The translations under genes were made by a program, and so were the position numbers. DNA of 64,000 bases from Candidatus Binatia bacterium (GTDB lineage Bacteria > Desulfobacterota > Binatia > UBA9968 > JAJDTQ01), in assembly GCA_963666515.2 (NCBI GenBank), contig OY762897.2, positions 544,001-608,000 on the forward strand, read 5' to 3'. Position 1 is the first letter of the stretch, and each line of letters begins with the position of its first letter. The notes under the pieces were generated by a model, which was given only the letters and a program-made list of their open reading frames with translations, ran no database searches and was not told the origin of the DNA. This document shows, piece by piece, positions 28,932 to 38,320 of the stretch.

Positions 28932-29804
28932 ATGACCCCTCACAATCAAACCGGCAGGAGACGCTTCCTCGGCCAGGGCCGGACGAAGGGTTTCCCACGC
29001 CTCCAGGGTGCTTCGTTCGGTGTCTGGCTCCTGGCGCTGGCGGGCTTCTGCCTGCCACATGTGCAGGCCCTTGCTCAGGAAGAAACGCCGGAGGAAAAGG
29101 GTCTCAGGATTGCGCGTGAAGCAAGCGCCCGCGACGACGGCTTCGGGGATTTCACCGCCGGAATGACGATGGTGCTGCGCGACCGGCACGGTCGGGAAAG
29201 CGTCCGGCGGATGCGCTTCAAGGTGCTGGAGGTGCCGGGGGACGGCGACAAGAGCCTGTTCGTGTTCGATCAGCCGCGGGACGTGCGGGGAACCGCCCTC
29301 CTGACTCACGCTCACGTCAATACTCAGGACGACCAGTGGCTGTACCTCCCGGCCCTGAAAAGGGTGAAGCGCATCAACGCCGCGAAGCGTTCAGGGTCGT
29401 TCATGGGAAGCGAGTTTTCCTATGAAGACATGAGCGCCCAGGAGGTGGAGGAATACACCTACAAGTATCTTCGCGACGAGCCCTGCGGCGAACTCACTTG
29501 CACGGTGACCGAGCAGGTCCCCCTGGACAGGAAGTCCGGATACAGCCGCAAGGTCATCTGGCAGGATACAGGTGAGCTTCGGACCTGGAAAATGGAGCTT
29601 TACGACCGGAGGGGCTCGCACCTGAAGACCCTCACTTTCGTGAACTATCAGCAATATCTGGACCGGTACTGGCGGGCAGGAGAACAGACGATGGTGAATC
29701 ACCTGACCGGTGCGAGCACGGTGCTCAAGTGGACCGATTTCCGGTTTCGCGCCAATCTTGAAGAGAGCGAATTCAACCACTTGTCACTTCGACGCATCCG
29801 CTGA
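28932..29804 (+). CDS. Outer membrane lipoprotein-sorting (LolA-like) protein
   Basis: FDQPRDVRGTALL, DDQWLYLPALKRVKRI and SFMGSEFSYEDM, with a signal-like region. Confidence 0.85.
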   Translation: MTPHNQTGRRRFLGQGRTKGFPRLQGASFGVWLLALAGFCLPHVQALAQEETPEEKGLRIAREASARDDGFGDFTAGMTMVLRDRHGRESVRRMRFKVLEVPGDGDKSLFVFDQPRDVRGTALLTHAHVNTQDDQWLYLPALKRVKRINAAKRSGSFMGSEFSYEDMSAQEVEEYTYKYLRDEPCGELTCTVTEQVPLDRKSGYSRKVIWQDTGELRTWKMELYDRRGSHLKTLTFVNYQQYLDRYWRAGEQTMVNHLTGASTVLKWTDFRFRANLEESEFNHLSLRRIR

Positions 29805-31033
29805 TGCGATTCTGCGGCGCAATTGCGGCCCTCGTGCTCCTGGTTGCCGCGGGCGCCGGGGCGCAGCCTCTCGAGTTTTCGGGCGACCTGAGCCTGCAGG
29901 GGCGGTGGTATCCGGAATCGCCGGCCTTCGCGGGTCAGCGTTCAGGCACCGCTGGTCTGGTGGCGAAGCCGGCGCTTTACGGGGAGGTCGCAAGAAACGC
30001 CAGCTTCACCCTCACCGGGCTCTATCGATACGACAGCGCCGATTCGCAGCGCACCCATGCGGACCTGCGCGAGGCCTACCTGTTGGTGCACGGAGACTGG
30101 GATGGGAATTCCTGGGAGCTAAGGCTGGGACTCGATCAGGTTTTCTGGGGCGTGGCCGAAGCGCACAACCTCGTGGATATCGTCAACTCGGTGGACCTCG
30201 TCGAGCACCCGCGCAATCGACCCAAGCTGGGTCAGCCCATGGTGCGCCTGACGGTCTCGGGCGACTGGGGCCTCGCCGAGTCATTCCTGCTGCCGTATCA
30301 TCGCAAGCTCACATTTCCGGGGCGTTCCGGGCGCCACCGATCGGGCCATCCGATCGACGAGGACGCCTTGTACGAGAGTGACGCCGAAGAACGCCACGTG
30401 GATTTTGCATTTCGCTACGGCAACGCCGTGGGCTCGCTGGATTTCGGCCTGAGCACCTTTGTAGGAACAAGCCGTGAACCCTCGTTTCTTGCCGGCCGTC
30501 CATCCGGGCCGTTGCCGGTGACTGGCGCGCCGTTGATCCCGTACTACGGGCAGATTCGGCAGTTCGGCGTCGACGCGCAACTCACCACCGAGCCCTGGCT
30601 TTACAAGATGGAAGCCATTCGTCGTAGCGGAGCACGCAATCTCCTGGGTGAGGAGGAGGATTACAGCGCCGTCATCTTCGGCCTGGAGCGCACCCTCTAC
30701 GCGCTGTTCGGTTCCCGAGCGGACTTGACCTTTTTCGCCGAGTGGCTCTACGACGGTCGCGGACGCCGCGCGACAAGCGTCTGGGCGAACGACTTTTTCA
30801 TCGCGGGCCTGCTTGCGTTCAACGACGTTCAGGGCACCGAGCTGATGGCCAGCATCCTGGGCGACCTCCGCCATGATTCTCGTTCGTTGAACCTGGAACT
30901 GAAACGCCGCCTGTCGGATAGCTGGACGATGCGCCTGGAAGCGATCGCCAACCTGGGGGTGGACAGGCGGGACTTGACTTACGATGGAAGGCGCGACAGC
31001 TTTTTGGGCCTGGACTTCACGTTCAGCTTCTGA
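29804..31033 (+). CDS. Outer-membrane beta-barrel protein (partner of the LolA-like/MMPL module)
   Basis: Signal peptide, DLREAY...LRLGLDQVFWGV..HNLVDIVN and a C-terminal beta-signal ending FTFSF. TGATG coupling. Confidence 0.7.
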   Translation: MRFCGAIAALVLLVAAGAGAQPLEFSGDLSLQGRWYPESPAFAGQRSGTAGLVAKPALYGEVARNASFTLTGLYRYDSADSQRTHADLREAYLLVHGDWDGNSWELRLGLDQVFWGVAEAHNLVDIVNSVDLVEHPRNRPKLGQPMVRLTVSGDWGLAESFLLPYHRKLTFPGRSGRHRSGHPIDEDALYESDAEERHVDFAFRYGNAVGSLDFGLSTFVGTSREPSFLAGRPSGPLPVTGAPLIPYYGQIRQFGVDAQLTTEPWLYKMEAIRRSGARNLLGEEEDYSAVIFGLERTLYALFGSRADLTFFAEWLYDGRGRRATSVWANDFFIAGLLAFNDVQGTELMASILGDLRHDSRSLNLELKRRLSDSWTMRLEAIANLGVDRRDLTYDGRRDSFLGLDFTFSF

Positions 31034-31102
31034 TGGCGTCCGTGGCGGGTGCTTGACCCGTGGTGATTGGATACCCGTGGTGATTGGATTCAGGTCGGGG
31101 TG

Positions 31103-32374
31103 ATGCAGCCGGGCGGTAAATCCTTACGGAAGATCGCGGTTGTGGGGCGAGGAACCGCTGGGTCCCTGGCGGCCGCCAGCGTAACCCGTCTTCACCCCGA
31201 CGGCGACCACGAGCTGCACCACATCTATGACTCGCGCATCCCGGTCATCGGAGTGGGTGAAGGCAGTTGGCCGAGCCTGGTCCAGCAACTGCAGCAACTG
31301 ACCAATCTGCCCCATGAAACCGTCCAGCAGCGCTTGAACGGTACTCGCAAGTACGGTGTTGCATTCGAGGGATGGGGCCGGCGGAATCGGGACTTTACCC
31401 ACTACTTCACGCCGCAACAGGTGTCCTATGCCTATCACCTTTCCGCCGACTTGATGGCGGAGTTGCTGGAAGAAGGCACAAGCGCGCGCCACATCGACGC
31501 GAAAGTGCTCGATATCACCAGGGTGGAGGGCGGCGCGCAGGTGGATTTCGAGGACCGGGCGCCGGAACGTTACGACTTGGTTTTCGATGCCCGCGGGTTC
31601 CCCAAAGAACTCCATCCCGACCGGCACATCGACATTTCCTTCATCCCCACCAATACCGCCGTCATCCGCCGCTGCCCGGCGACCATCAAGGAAGAGGGGG
31701 ATGGCCCGGTTCTGCAACCTACCTATACCCGTGCGGTTGCGCGTCCGCACGGCTGGGTATTCGTCATTCCGCTAACGGTGCACACATCCTACGGGTACAT
31801 CTTCAACCGCGACGTCACCAGCCTTGCCGAAGTCGAATCGGATTTCGACGCGTTCCTCGAAACCGACGGCGTATCTGAATTCGAGCAACGCGCGGTCATT
31901 CCGTTTCCCAACTTCGTCCACCGTCAGATTTACGATGGCGCGGTGGCCCGCATCGGCAACGCCGCGGCCTTCATGGAGCCCCTGGAAGCGACGGCGATCG
32001 TATCCGCCCAGTTGCAGATCGGGATGGTCCTCCACATACGCCTCAACCGTTCGCCGGAGAATCTTGAGCGCGACGCCCCGGTGGTCAATCGATTCCTCAT
32101 CAACAACATGCTCTGCTACGGCCTGTTCGTCGGCTGGCACTATTCCTGCGGCTCCAGGTACGACAGCGAGTTCTGGCGTCACGCTCGCGACCACGTCTGG
32201 CCACAACGCCGCAAGGCGGCGGACCCCGCGGTGGTGGATTGCGCCGCGCTCGGCAAATTCGACGAGATGATCGAGGTGTTGAATCAGCCGGTGATCGACA
32301 AGGCGGACTGGGACCGGATGTGCGCGGTCCCCCTCACCAGCTACGCCCAGATGTCTCAGGGTCTTGGCTGTTAG
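31103..32374 (+). CDS. srpI: Flavin-dependent tryptophan halogenase family (peptidyl halogenase)
   Basis: GRGTAG, IGVGEGSW, catalytic K in GTRKYGVAFEGW, GWVFVIPL and FMEPLEATAI. The symbol is by analogy to the srp clusters. Confidence 0.88.
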   Translation: MQPGGKSLRKIAVVGRGTAGSLAAASVTRLHPDGDHELHHIYDSRIPVIGVGEGSWPSLVQQLQQLTNLPHETVQQRLNGTRKYGVAFEGWGRRNRDFTHYFTPQQVSYAYHLSADLMAELLEEGTSARHIDAKVLDITRVEGGAQVDFEDRAPERYDLVFDARGFPKELHPDRHIDISFIPTNTAVIRRCPATIKEEGDGPVLQPTYTRAVARPHGWVFVIPLTVHTSYGYIFNRDVTSLAEVESDFDAFLETDGVSEFEQRAVIPFPNFVHRQIYDGAVARIGNAAAFMEPLEATAIVSAQLQIGMVLHIRLNRSPENLERDAPVVNRFLINNMLCYGLFVGWHYSCGSRYDSEFWRHARDHVWPQRRKAADPAVVDCAALGKFDEMIEVLNQPVIDKADWDRMCAVPLTSYAQMSQGLGC

Positions 32375-33732
32375 GCGGTAGCGGTAGCCGGCTCCTGCCC
32401 CCGCCGCTCGAAGTAGTCCTTGGCGACGTCCGGGAACAGCGTGTAGGAGAGCACGTCTTCCTCGCTGGCGGCGAGGTCGCCGATCTCCTTGCGGGCATCT
32501 TCCATCCGGGGCTTCAGCAGGTCGGCGGGGCGGCAGGTGATGGGTTCCTTCTTGCCCAGGACCATGGCCTTCATCTCGTCGCTGACCGAGCCCGGCGGCT
32601 CGCCGTAGTGCCCCATGACGTAGTTGCGCACTTCCATGGTCACCACGCCGTAACGCTTGCCGGTGAGCACGTTCAGGGTGGCCTGGGAGCCGACGATCTG
32701 GCTGGTGGGGGTCACCAGCGGCGGATAACCCAGGTCCTTCCGCACCGCCTGGACTTCCTGGAGCACCTCGTCCAGGCGGTTCTCGGCGTTCTGCTGGCGC
32801 AACTGGGTCACCAGGTTCGAGAGCATCCCGCCCGGGATCTGCGACTCGACGATGTCGGCGTTGACCCGGTTGCTGATGGGACTCTCGAAGTCGCTGTACT
32901 TGCTGCGCACCTCGGTGAAGTAGTGCGCGATGCCGTTCAACTGCTGGAGGTCCAGGCCGGTGTCGTAGGGGGTTCCCTTGAGCGAGACCACCACCGCCTC
33001 CGTGGCGGGCTGGGAGGTGCCGTGGGACAGCGTGGAGATGGCCGTGTCGACGATGTCTACGCCCGCCTCCACCGCCATGATATAGGCCATCTGCGCCATG
33101 CCCGTGGTGCAGTGGGAGTGCAGGTGGACGGGGATGTCGAAACGCTCCTTCAACGCGCCGATGAGGTCGCGGGCCACGTAGGGCGACAGCAGGCCGGCCA
33201 TGTCCTTGACCGCCAGCACGTCGGTGCCGGCGTCCACGAGCTGGTCGGCGAAGTCCACGAAGTATTGCAGCGAGTGGACCGGACTGATGGTGTACGACAC
33301 CGCGGCCTCCAGGGTCTTGCCGGTGCGTTTCACCGCTTCCATGGAGGTCTTCATGTTGCGGACGTCGTTCATGGCGTCGAATATCCTGAACACGTCGATG
33401 CCGTTCTCAGCGGACTTCTCGACGAAGGACTCGACGGCGTCGTCCGGGTAGTTGCGGTATCCGACGATGTTCTGCCCCCGCAGCAGCATCTGGAGCCGGG
33501 TGTTGGGCATGGCCTCCCGGATCAGCCGGAGGCGTTCCCAGGGGTCCTCGTTCAGGTACCGCAGGCAGGCGTCGAACGTGGCCCCGCCCCACATCTCCAC
33601 CGACCAGAAGCCGATCTTGTCGAGATCCTGGGCGATGGGGAGCATGTCCTCGGTGCGCATGCGCGTGGCCAGTAGCGACTGGTGCGCGTCTCTGAGCACG
33701 GTTTCGGTGATCCCGACCTTCTTGCCTTCCAT
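32371..33732 (-). CDS. Pyruvate carboxylase subunit B / oxaloacetate decarboxylase alpha-like carboxyltransferase (no biotinyl domain)
   Basis: LRDAHQSLLATR, EMWGGATFD, KDMAG, HLHSH and GYPPLVTPTSQIVG. Confidence 0.9.
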   Translation of the reverse strand: MEGKKVGITETVLRDAHQSLLATRMRTEDMLPIAQDLDKIGFWSVEMWGGATFDACLRYLNEDPWERLRLIREAMPNTRLQMLLRGQNIVGYRNYPDDAVESFVEKSAENGIDVFRIFDAMNDVRNMKTSMEAVKRTGKTLEAAVSYTISPVHSLQYFVDFADQLVDAGTDVLAVKDMAGLLSPYVARDLIGALKERFDIPVHLHSHCTTGMAQMAYIMAVEAGVDIVDTAISTLSHGTSQPATEAVVVSLKGTPYDTGLDLQQLNGIAHYFTEVRSKYSDFESPISNRVNADIVESQIPGGMLSNLVTQLRQQNAENRLDEVLQEVQAVRKDLGYPPLVTPTSQIVGSQATLNVLTGKRYGVVTMEVRNYVMGHYGEPPGSVSDEMKAMVLGKKEPITCRPADLLKPRMEDARKEIGDLAASEEDVLSYTLFPDVAKDYFERRGQEPATATA

Positions 33733-33779
33733 CGTTGTCTCCTGGTGAGGTGGCCGATGGCAGCGTGCGCGGCTGCCTC

Positions 33780-33798
33780 GGGTTAACGGCGTTAACCC
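33780..33798. promoter_or_regulatory. Perfect inverted repeat, candidate operator
   Basis: GGGTTAAC-GGC-GTTAACCC, about 50 nt upstream of the carboxyltransferase start. Confidence 0.4.
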
Positions 33799-33876
33799 CT
33801 TACGTTATGGGAACTGGGGCGCATTTGCAAGCAAAATCGCACGTCTGCGCGTGTTCGGCAGCGATCCGGGGGCGTT

Positions 33877-35172
33877 TCAGGCGACCACGCGCGTCGCCGG
33901 AGCGTCCCGGGCCGGCAGCGCGGCGCTTTGCAGGTAGATCGAGACCCGGGTGCCTTTGCCCAACTGGCTCTCGATCTTCAGGTCGCCGCCGTGGGCCTGG
34001 GTGATGTGCTTGACGATGGCGAGGCCCAAGCCGGTGCCGCCAAGCTCCCGCGAACGAGCCTTGTCCACGCGGTAGAACCGTTCGGTGAGCCGGGGCAGGT
34101 CCTTTTCCGGGATGCCGCAGCCGGTGTCGGACACGGTCAGCGCCAGCCGTCGCCCGCCGTCGCCGTCGGGAGCCGGCTCCAGGCCCGCGCGGACCACCAC
34201 CGCGCCGCGGTCGGGGGTGTACTTGAGGGCGTTGTCGACCAGGTTGATGAGCAACTGCTGCAAGCGGTCTTCATCTCCCAGTATGTCCGGGATGTCGGCG
34301 TCGGCGTCGGCGCGGATGCGGATGTTTTTTTCGCCCGCCTGCTGGCGGAACAGCTCCAGCACGCGTTCCAGCAGGGGTCTCGCGGCCACGCGCTGCATCC
34401 TCACGTTGACGTTGCCCATCTCCAGGTCCGACAAAGCCAGCAGGTCGTCGATGAGGCGGCCGAGGCGCTCGGAGTGGCGCGTCACCACGTTCAGGAACTG
34501 CCTGGCCATCGCCGGGTCGCCGGGCGGGTTGTGCAGCAACGTCTCGGCGTAGCCCTGTATGGCCGTCAGGGGCGTGCGCATCTCGTGGGAGACGTTGGCG
34601 ACGAAATCGGCGCGGATCTGCTCCAGCCGCTTCAACTCGGTGACCTCGTGGAACACCAGCACGTAGCCGAGCAGTTCCTGCCGCGAGTGTTCCAGGCGCG
34701 CCGCGTTGACCGCGAACCAGCGGTCGTCCCCGAGGGTCAGCTCCCGGTGGAGCGAGCCGCGGCTGCCGTCTCCTTCCACGACGTCGTGGATCAGGGCCTG
34801 CATCTCCGGATGGCGTGAGACCTCGACGCTGGACAGGCGCCGCGCGCCGGTGTCCGCCGGCAGGTCGAACATGGTCCGGGCCTTCTCGTTCACCAGCATC
34901 ACCTTGCCGCCGGTGTCCAGCACGATAACCCCTTCCATCATGCAGCTCAGGATGGACTGGAGCTTCTCGCTTTCCGCGGTCATGTCCTGAAGGCGGCGGG
35001 TCAGCGTCTGGGCCAGCTCGTTGAGGCCCTCCTCCAACGCCCCCAGCTCATCCCGGCGTTGCACCGGAAGGGTCTCGCCGGAAGGCGTGTCGAGGACGGC
35101 CCGGCGGCAGAAAGCCACCATGTCGGCCACGCGGTTGCGTCCCCGCAGGGAGATGTAGCCAGGATACCACAT
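33877..35172 (-). CDS. phoR: Phosphate-regulon sensor histidine kinase
   Basis: PAS domain, FVANVSHEMRTPLT, NLVDNALKYT and ERFYRVDKARSRELGGTGLGL. Lies after phoU-phoB. Confidence 0.85.
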   Translation of the reverse strand: MWYPGYISLRGRNRVADMVAFCRRAVLDTPSGETLPVQRRDELGALEEGLNELAQTLTRRLQDMTAESEKLQSILSCMMEGVIVLDTGGKVMLVNEKARTMFDLPADTGARRLSSVEVSRHPEMQALIHDVVEGDGSRGSLHRELTLGDDRWFAVNAARLEHSRQELLGYVLVFHEVTELKRLEQIRADFVANVSHEMRTPLTAIQGYAETLLHNPPGDPAMARQFLNVVTRHSERLGRLIDDLLALSDLEMGNVNVRMQRVAARPLLERVLELFRQQAGEKNIRIRADADADIPDILGDEDRLQQLLINLVDNALKYTPDRGAVVVRAGLEPAPDGDGGRRLALTVSDTGCGIPEKDLPRLTERFYRVDKARSRELGGTGLGLAIVKHITQAHGGDLKIESQLGKGTRVSIYLQSAALPARDAPATRVVA

Positions 35173-35181
35173 GGCTAAGCG

Positions 35182-35892
35182 CTAAGTATCGAGGGCTCTC
35201 TCATCCAGCTTGTAGCCCACGCCGCGCACGGTGACGATCCACCCGGAACTACGGTCGTCGTGTTCCAGCGCCTCCCGGATCCGCCGGATGTGGACGTCCA
35301 CCGTGCGGGACGTCACATAGACGTCGGAGCGCCAGACGCCGTCCAGTATCTGGTCGCGGCTCAGCACCCGGTTGCGATTCTGGATCAGAAAGCGCAGAAC
35401 TTCAAACCCCTTGAGGGTGAGCTTGACCGGACTGCCGGCGACCTGCACCTCGTAGGTCGTGAAGTTGACCTTCAGGGGACCCTTCTCGTAGATGTCGGCC
35501 AGATCGGGCGAAGCCGGAGACTCGGTCCGCCGCAGCACGGCCTTGACCCGGGCCACCATCTCCCGGGGACTGAAGGGTTTCGTGATGTAGTCGTCCGCCC
35601 CCAGCTCCAGGCCCACCACCCGGTCGGCTTCCCCCGCTTTGGCGGTGAGCATGAGGATCGGCGTCTGGGAGGTTTCGGGAGTTTGCCGGATGATCTTGCA
35701 GAACTCCAGGCCGGAGAGGCTCGGCAGCATCAGGTCCAGCACGATGAGCCGCGGGGGCTCCTTCCGCACCAGTTCCAACGCGTTTTCGCCGTTCTCGGCC
35801 TCGACCACCGCAAAGCGCTCCTGCTGGAGGTGGTACGAGATCAGCTTGCGAATGTCCGCTTCGTCTTCGACGACGAGGATGTGGTCCGCCAT
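35182..35892 (-). CDS. phoB: OmpR/PhoB response regulator
   Basis: VVEDE, LDLMLP, GADDYITKPFS and RTVDVHIRR. Confidence 0.85.
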   Translation of the reverse strand: MADHILVVEDEADIRKLISYHLQQERFAVVEAENGENALELVRKEPPRLIVLDLMLPSLSGLEFCKIIRQTPETSQTPILMLTAKAGEADRVVGLELGADDYITKPFSPREMVARVKAVLRRTESPASPDLADIYEKGPLKVNFTTYEVQVAGSPVKLTLKGFEVLRFLIQNRNRVLSRDQILDGVWRSDVYVTSRTVDVHIRRIREALEHDDRSSGWIVTVRGVGYKLDERALDT

Positions 35893-35922
35893 GAGCTTCC
35901 CGCACAGACTCGCGCACGTCGC

Positions 35923-36609
35923 TCAGATGGACCGGGGCACTTCCTTGACGTGGCGAATGCTGGTCCCCTTGACCAGGAAGATGACCATTTCGGCGATGTT
36001 GGTGGCATGGTCCGCAATGCGTTCCAGGTACTTCGAGACGAACGTGATCTTCATGGCGCGGTTGATGGTCCTGGGGTCGGAGATCATGTACGAGACCGTT
36101 TCGCGGAAGATCTGCTCGTTCAGGTCGTCGATCTCCTGGTCGTCCTGGCACACCTTGAGGGCCAGCGAGGTGTCCTCGTGCACGAAGGCGTTCAGGCTCT
36201 CCGATATCATCCGCCGGGAGATTTCGGCCATGCGCGGTATGTCGATGTAGGGTTTGAGCGGGGCCTCGCGGATCAATTCGAGAGAGCGCTCGGAAATGTT
36301 CACCGAGATGTCGCCGATGCGTTCCAGGTCCGTGGTGATCTTGAGCGCCGTGGTCACGAACCGGAGGTCCTTTCCCGCCGGCTGGTGCAGGGCGATCAGG
36401 CGCACGCACAACTCGTCGATGTCGGCGTCCATCCGGTTGACCTCGGCGTCTCTCTCGATGACGCTCTCGGCGAGGGTCGCTTCGCGGTCCACCAGCGCCT
36501 TGATGGAGCGGTCGATCTGGTCCTCCACCAGGCCGCCCATCTTGATGATCCTGTCGCGGAGGGACTTCAGCTCTTCTTCGTATTTTCGATCGGTGTGCTC
36601 GGGACGCAT
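35923..36609 (-). CDS. phoU: Phosphate signalling complex protein PhoU
   Basis: QPAGKDLR, DLERIGD and YLERIADHATNIAE. Confidence 0.95.
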   Translation of the reverse strand: MRPEHTDRKYEEELKSLRDRIIKMGGLVEDQIDRSIKALVDREATLAESVIERDAEVNRMDADIDELCVRLIALHQPAGKDLRFVTTALKITTDLERIGDISVNISERSLELIREAPLKPYIDIPRMAEISRRMISESLNAFVHEDTSLALKVCQDDQEIDDLNEQIFRETVSYMISDPRTINRAMKITFVSKYLERIADHATNIAEMVIFLVKGTSIRHVKEVPRSI

Positions 36610-36646
36610 GGGCGACCTCGCAGGTACGGCAACGCCGGTGAATACG

Positions 36647-38143
36647 CTAGCCCACTTCGATCTCGTAGGCTTCCTGGTGCAGGCTGGAGTCGGCCTTGAT
36701 GACCACCTGACGGTCGATCTCGCGCTCCAGGGCCTCCAGGCCTTCGTTGGCGTCGTCGTACAGGAAGTTGGCGATACCGGGGTGGACGTGCACGGTGACG
36801 CGCCCGCCGTTGTCGAGTTGCGCGCTCTCGCGCTTGATGCCGCGGAGGATCTCGTAGGCGATGGTGGGTTGGGACTTGATGCGGCCGCGTCCGACGCAGT
36901 AGGGACACGGACTCAGCAGGACGTTGCCGAGGTTCTCCCGGGTGCGCTGCCGGGTCATTTCCACCAGCCCGAGCCGGGAGATGGGCAGTACGCGGGTCTT
37001 GGCCTTGTCCTGCTTCACCGCTTCCTTCAAGGCGTCGTAGACCTTCTTCCGGTTGGCGGCCTGCTCCATGTCGATGAAGTCGATGATGATGATGCCGCCG
37101 ACGTTGCGCAGGCGGAGTTGATGCACGACCTCGCGCGTCGCCTCCAGGTTGATCTTGAGAACGGTGGCTTCCAGGTCCTTCTTTCCGACGTAGCGGCCGG
37201 TGTTGACGTCCACCGCGGTCAGCGCCTCGGTCTGCTCGATGTTGATGTATCCGCCGGAGTTCAGCCATATCTTGGGCTCCAGCGCTTTACGGACCTTGCG
37301 CTCGATCTCGTAGCGGTCGAGCAGCGGCTCCGGCTCGTCGTACAGCGCCACCCGCCGCCTGAGGCGCGGCATGAACTGATCGACGAACTCCACGACGCGT
37401 CGGTACTCGCCGGCGTGATCCACCACCACCTCCTCGGTGTTGGCATTGAAGAAGTCGCGGATGGTGCGCGGCACGAGGTCCAGGTCCTGGTGGATCAGCT
37501 CGGGGGCCGCCGCCGACTCCCGCCGTTTTCGGATCCGCTCCCAGAGCTTCGTCAGAAACCGCACGTCGCTCTGAATGTCCCTCTTGTTGCGCCCCTCGCA
37601 CGCGGTGCGGATGATGAAGCCGTCATCCTCCCGTGCAAGCCCCTGCACGATCTCCTTCAGGCGCTGCCGTTCCTTGTCGTCCTCGATCTTGCGGGAGACG
37701 GCCACGTGGCCGGTGTTGGGCATGAATACGAGGAACCGGCCGGGCAGGGACACGTGGGTGGTGATGCGGGCGCCCTTCATTCCCAGCGGGTCCTTGGCGA
37801 CCTGCACCAGGATCTCCTGATCCGGGCTGAGTAGCTGCTCGATGCGGAGCCGGCCCTGCTCCGGAGCGGGTTCGAGCAGCACCTCGTCGCCGTTCCCGTT
37901 CACCGTCGCCGGCAAAGTCGCCGGGGTGCAGTCCGAGGCATGGAGGAACGCGGCCTTCTCCAGGCCGATGTCCACGAAGGCCGCCTGCATTCCGGGGAGC
38001 ACGCGTCCGACCCGCCCCTTGTAGACGTTGCCGACGCAGCCTCTTTCCTGGTTGCGCTCGATGAGGAACTCGGCCAAGCCGTTGTCCTCCATCACGGCGA
38101 TACGGGTTTCCTGGGGAGTGGTGTTGATGAGGATCCGTCTCAT
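36647..38143 (-). CDS. rng: Ribonuclease G/E family
   Basis: GNVYKGRV..VLPGMQAAFVDIG, DVNTG and RLRNVGGIIIIDFIDM. Confidence 0.93.
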   Translation of the reverse strand: MRRILINTTPQETRIAVMEDNGLAEFLIERNQERGCVGNVYKGRVGRVLPGMQAAFVDIGLEKAAFLHASDCTPATLPATVNGNGDEVLLEPAPEQGRLRIEQLLSPDQEILVQVAKDPLGMKGARITTHVSLPGRFLVFMPNTGHVAVSRKIEDDKERQRLKEIVQGLAREDDGFIIRTACEGRNKRDIQSDVRFLTKLWERIRKRRESAAAPELIHQDLDLVPRTIRDFFNANTEEVVVDHAGEYRRVVEFVDQFMPRLRRRVALYDEPEPLLDRYEIERKVRKALEPKIWLNSGGYINIEQTEALTAVDVNTGRYVGKKDLEATVLKINLEATREVVHQLRLRNVGGIIIIDFIDMEQAANRKKVYDALKEAVKQDKAKTRVLPISRLGLVEMTRQRTRENLGNVLLSPCPYCVGRGRIKSQPTIAYEILRGIKRESAQLDNGGRVTVHVHPGIANFLYDDANEGLEALEREIDRQVVIKADSSLHQEAYEIEVG

Positions 38144-38286
38144 GCGTCAGCGCCCCGGACCGGACGGCACGTGGAGCATGTGTGATACGTTGTCCGGGAG
38201 ACCAAGGTTCAGGATAGGCCAGTCCGGGTGAAATGGCAAGCTGCGCGCCGCCGGCGCGAGGGCTCGGCCCGCCTCCCCGGCCCGGT

Positions 38287-38315
38287 TTGACAAGGCGCGC
38301 AGGGGGCGATAGATT
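38287..38315 (+). promoter_or_regulatory. sigma70 promoter upstream of the HNH gene
   Basis: TTGACA-N17-TAGATT. Confidence 0.6.
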
Positions 38316-38320
38316 CCGTC

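Noticed and set aside
10237-32374. Cluster as a mobile genomic island
   Set aside because: No integrase, transposase, tRNA target or flanking direct repeat found by eye, so it is not called as a mobile element.
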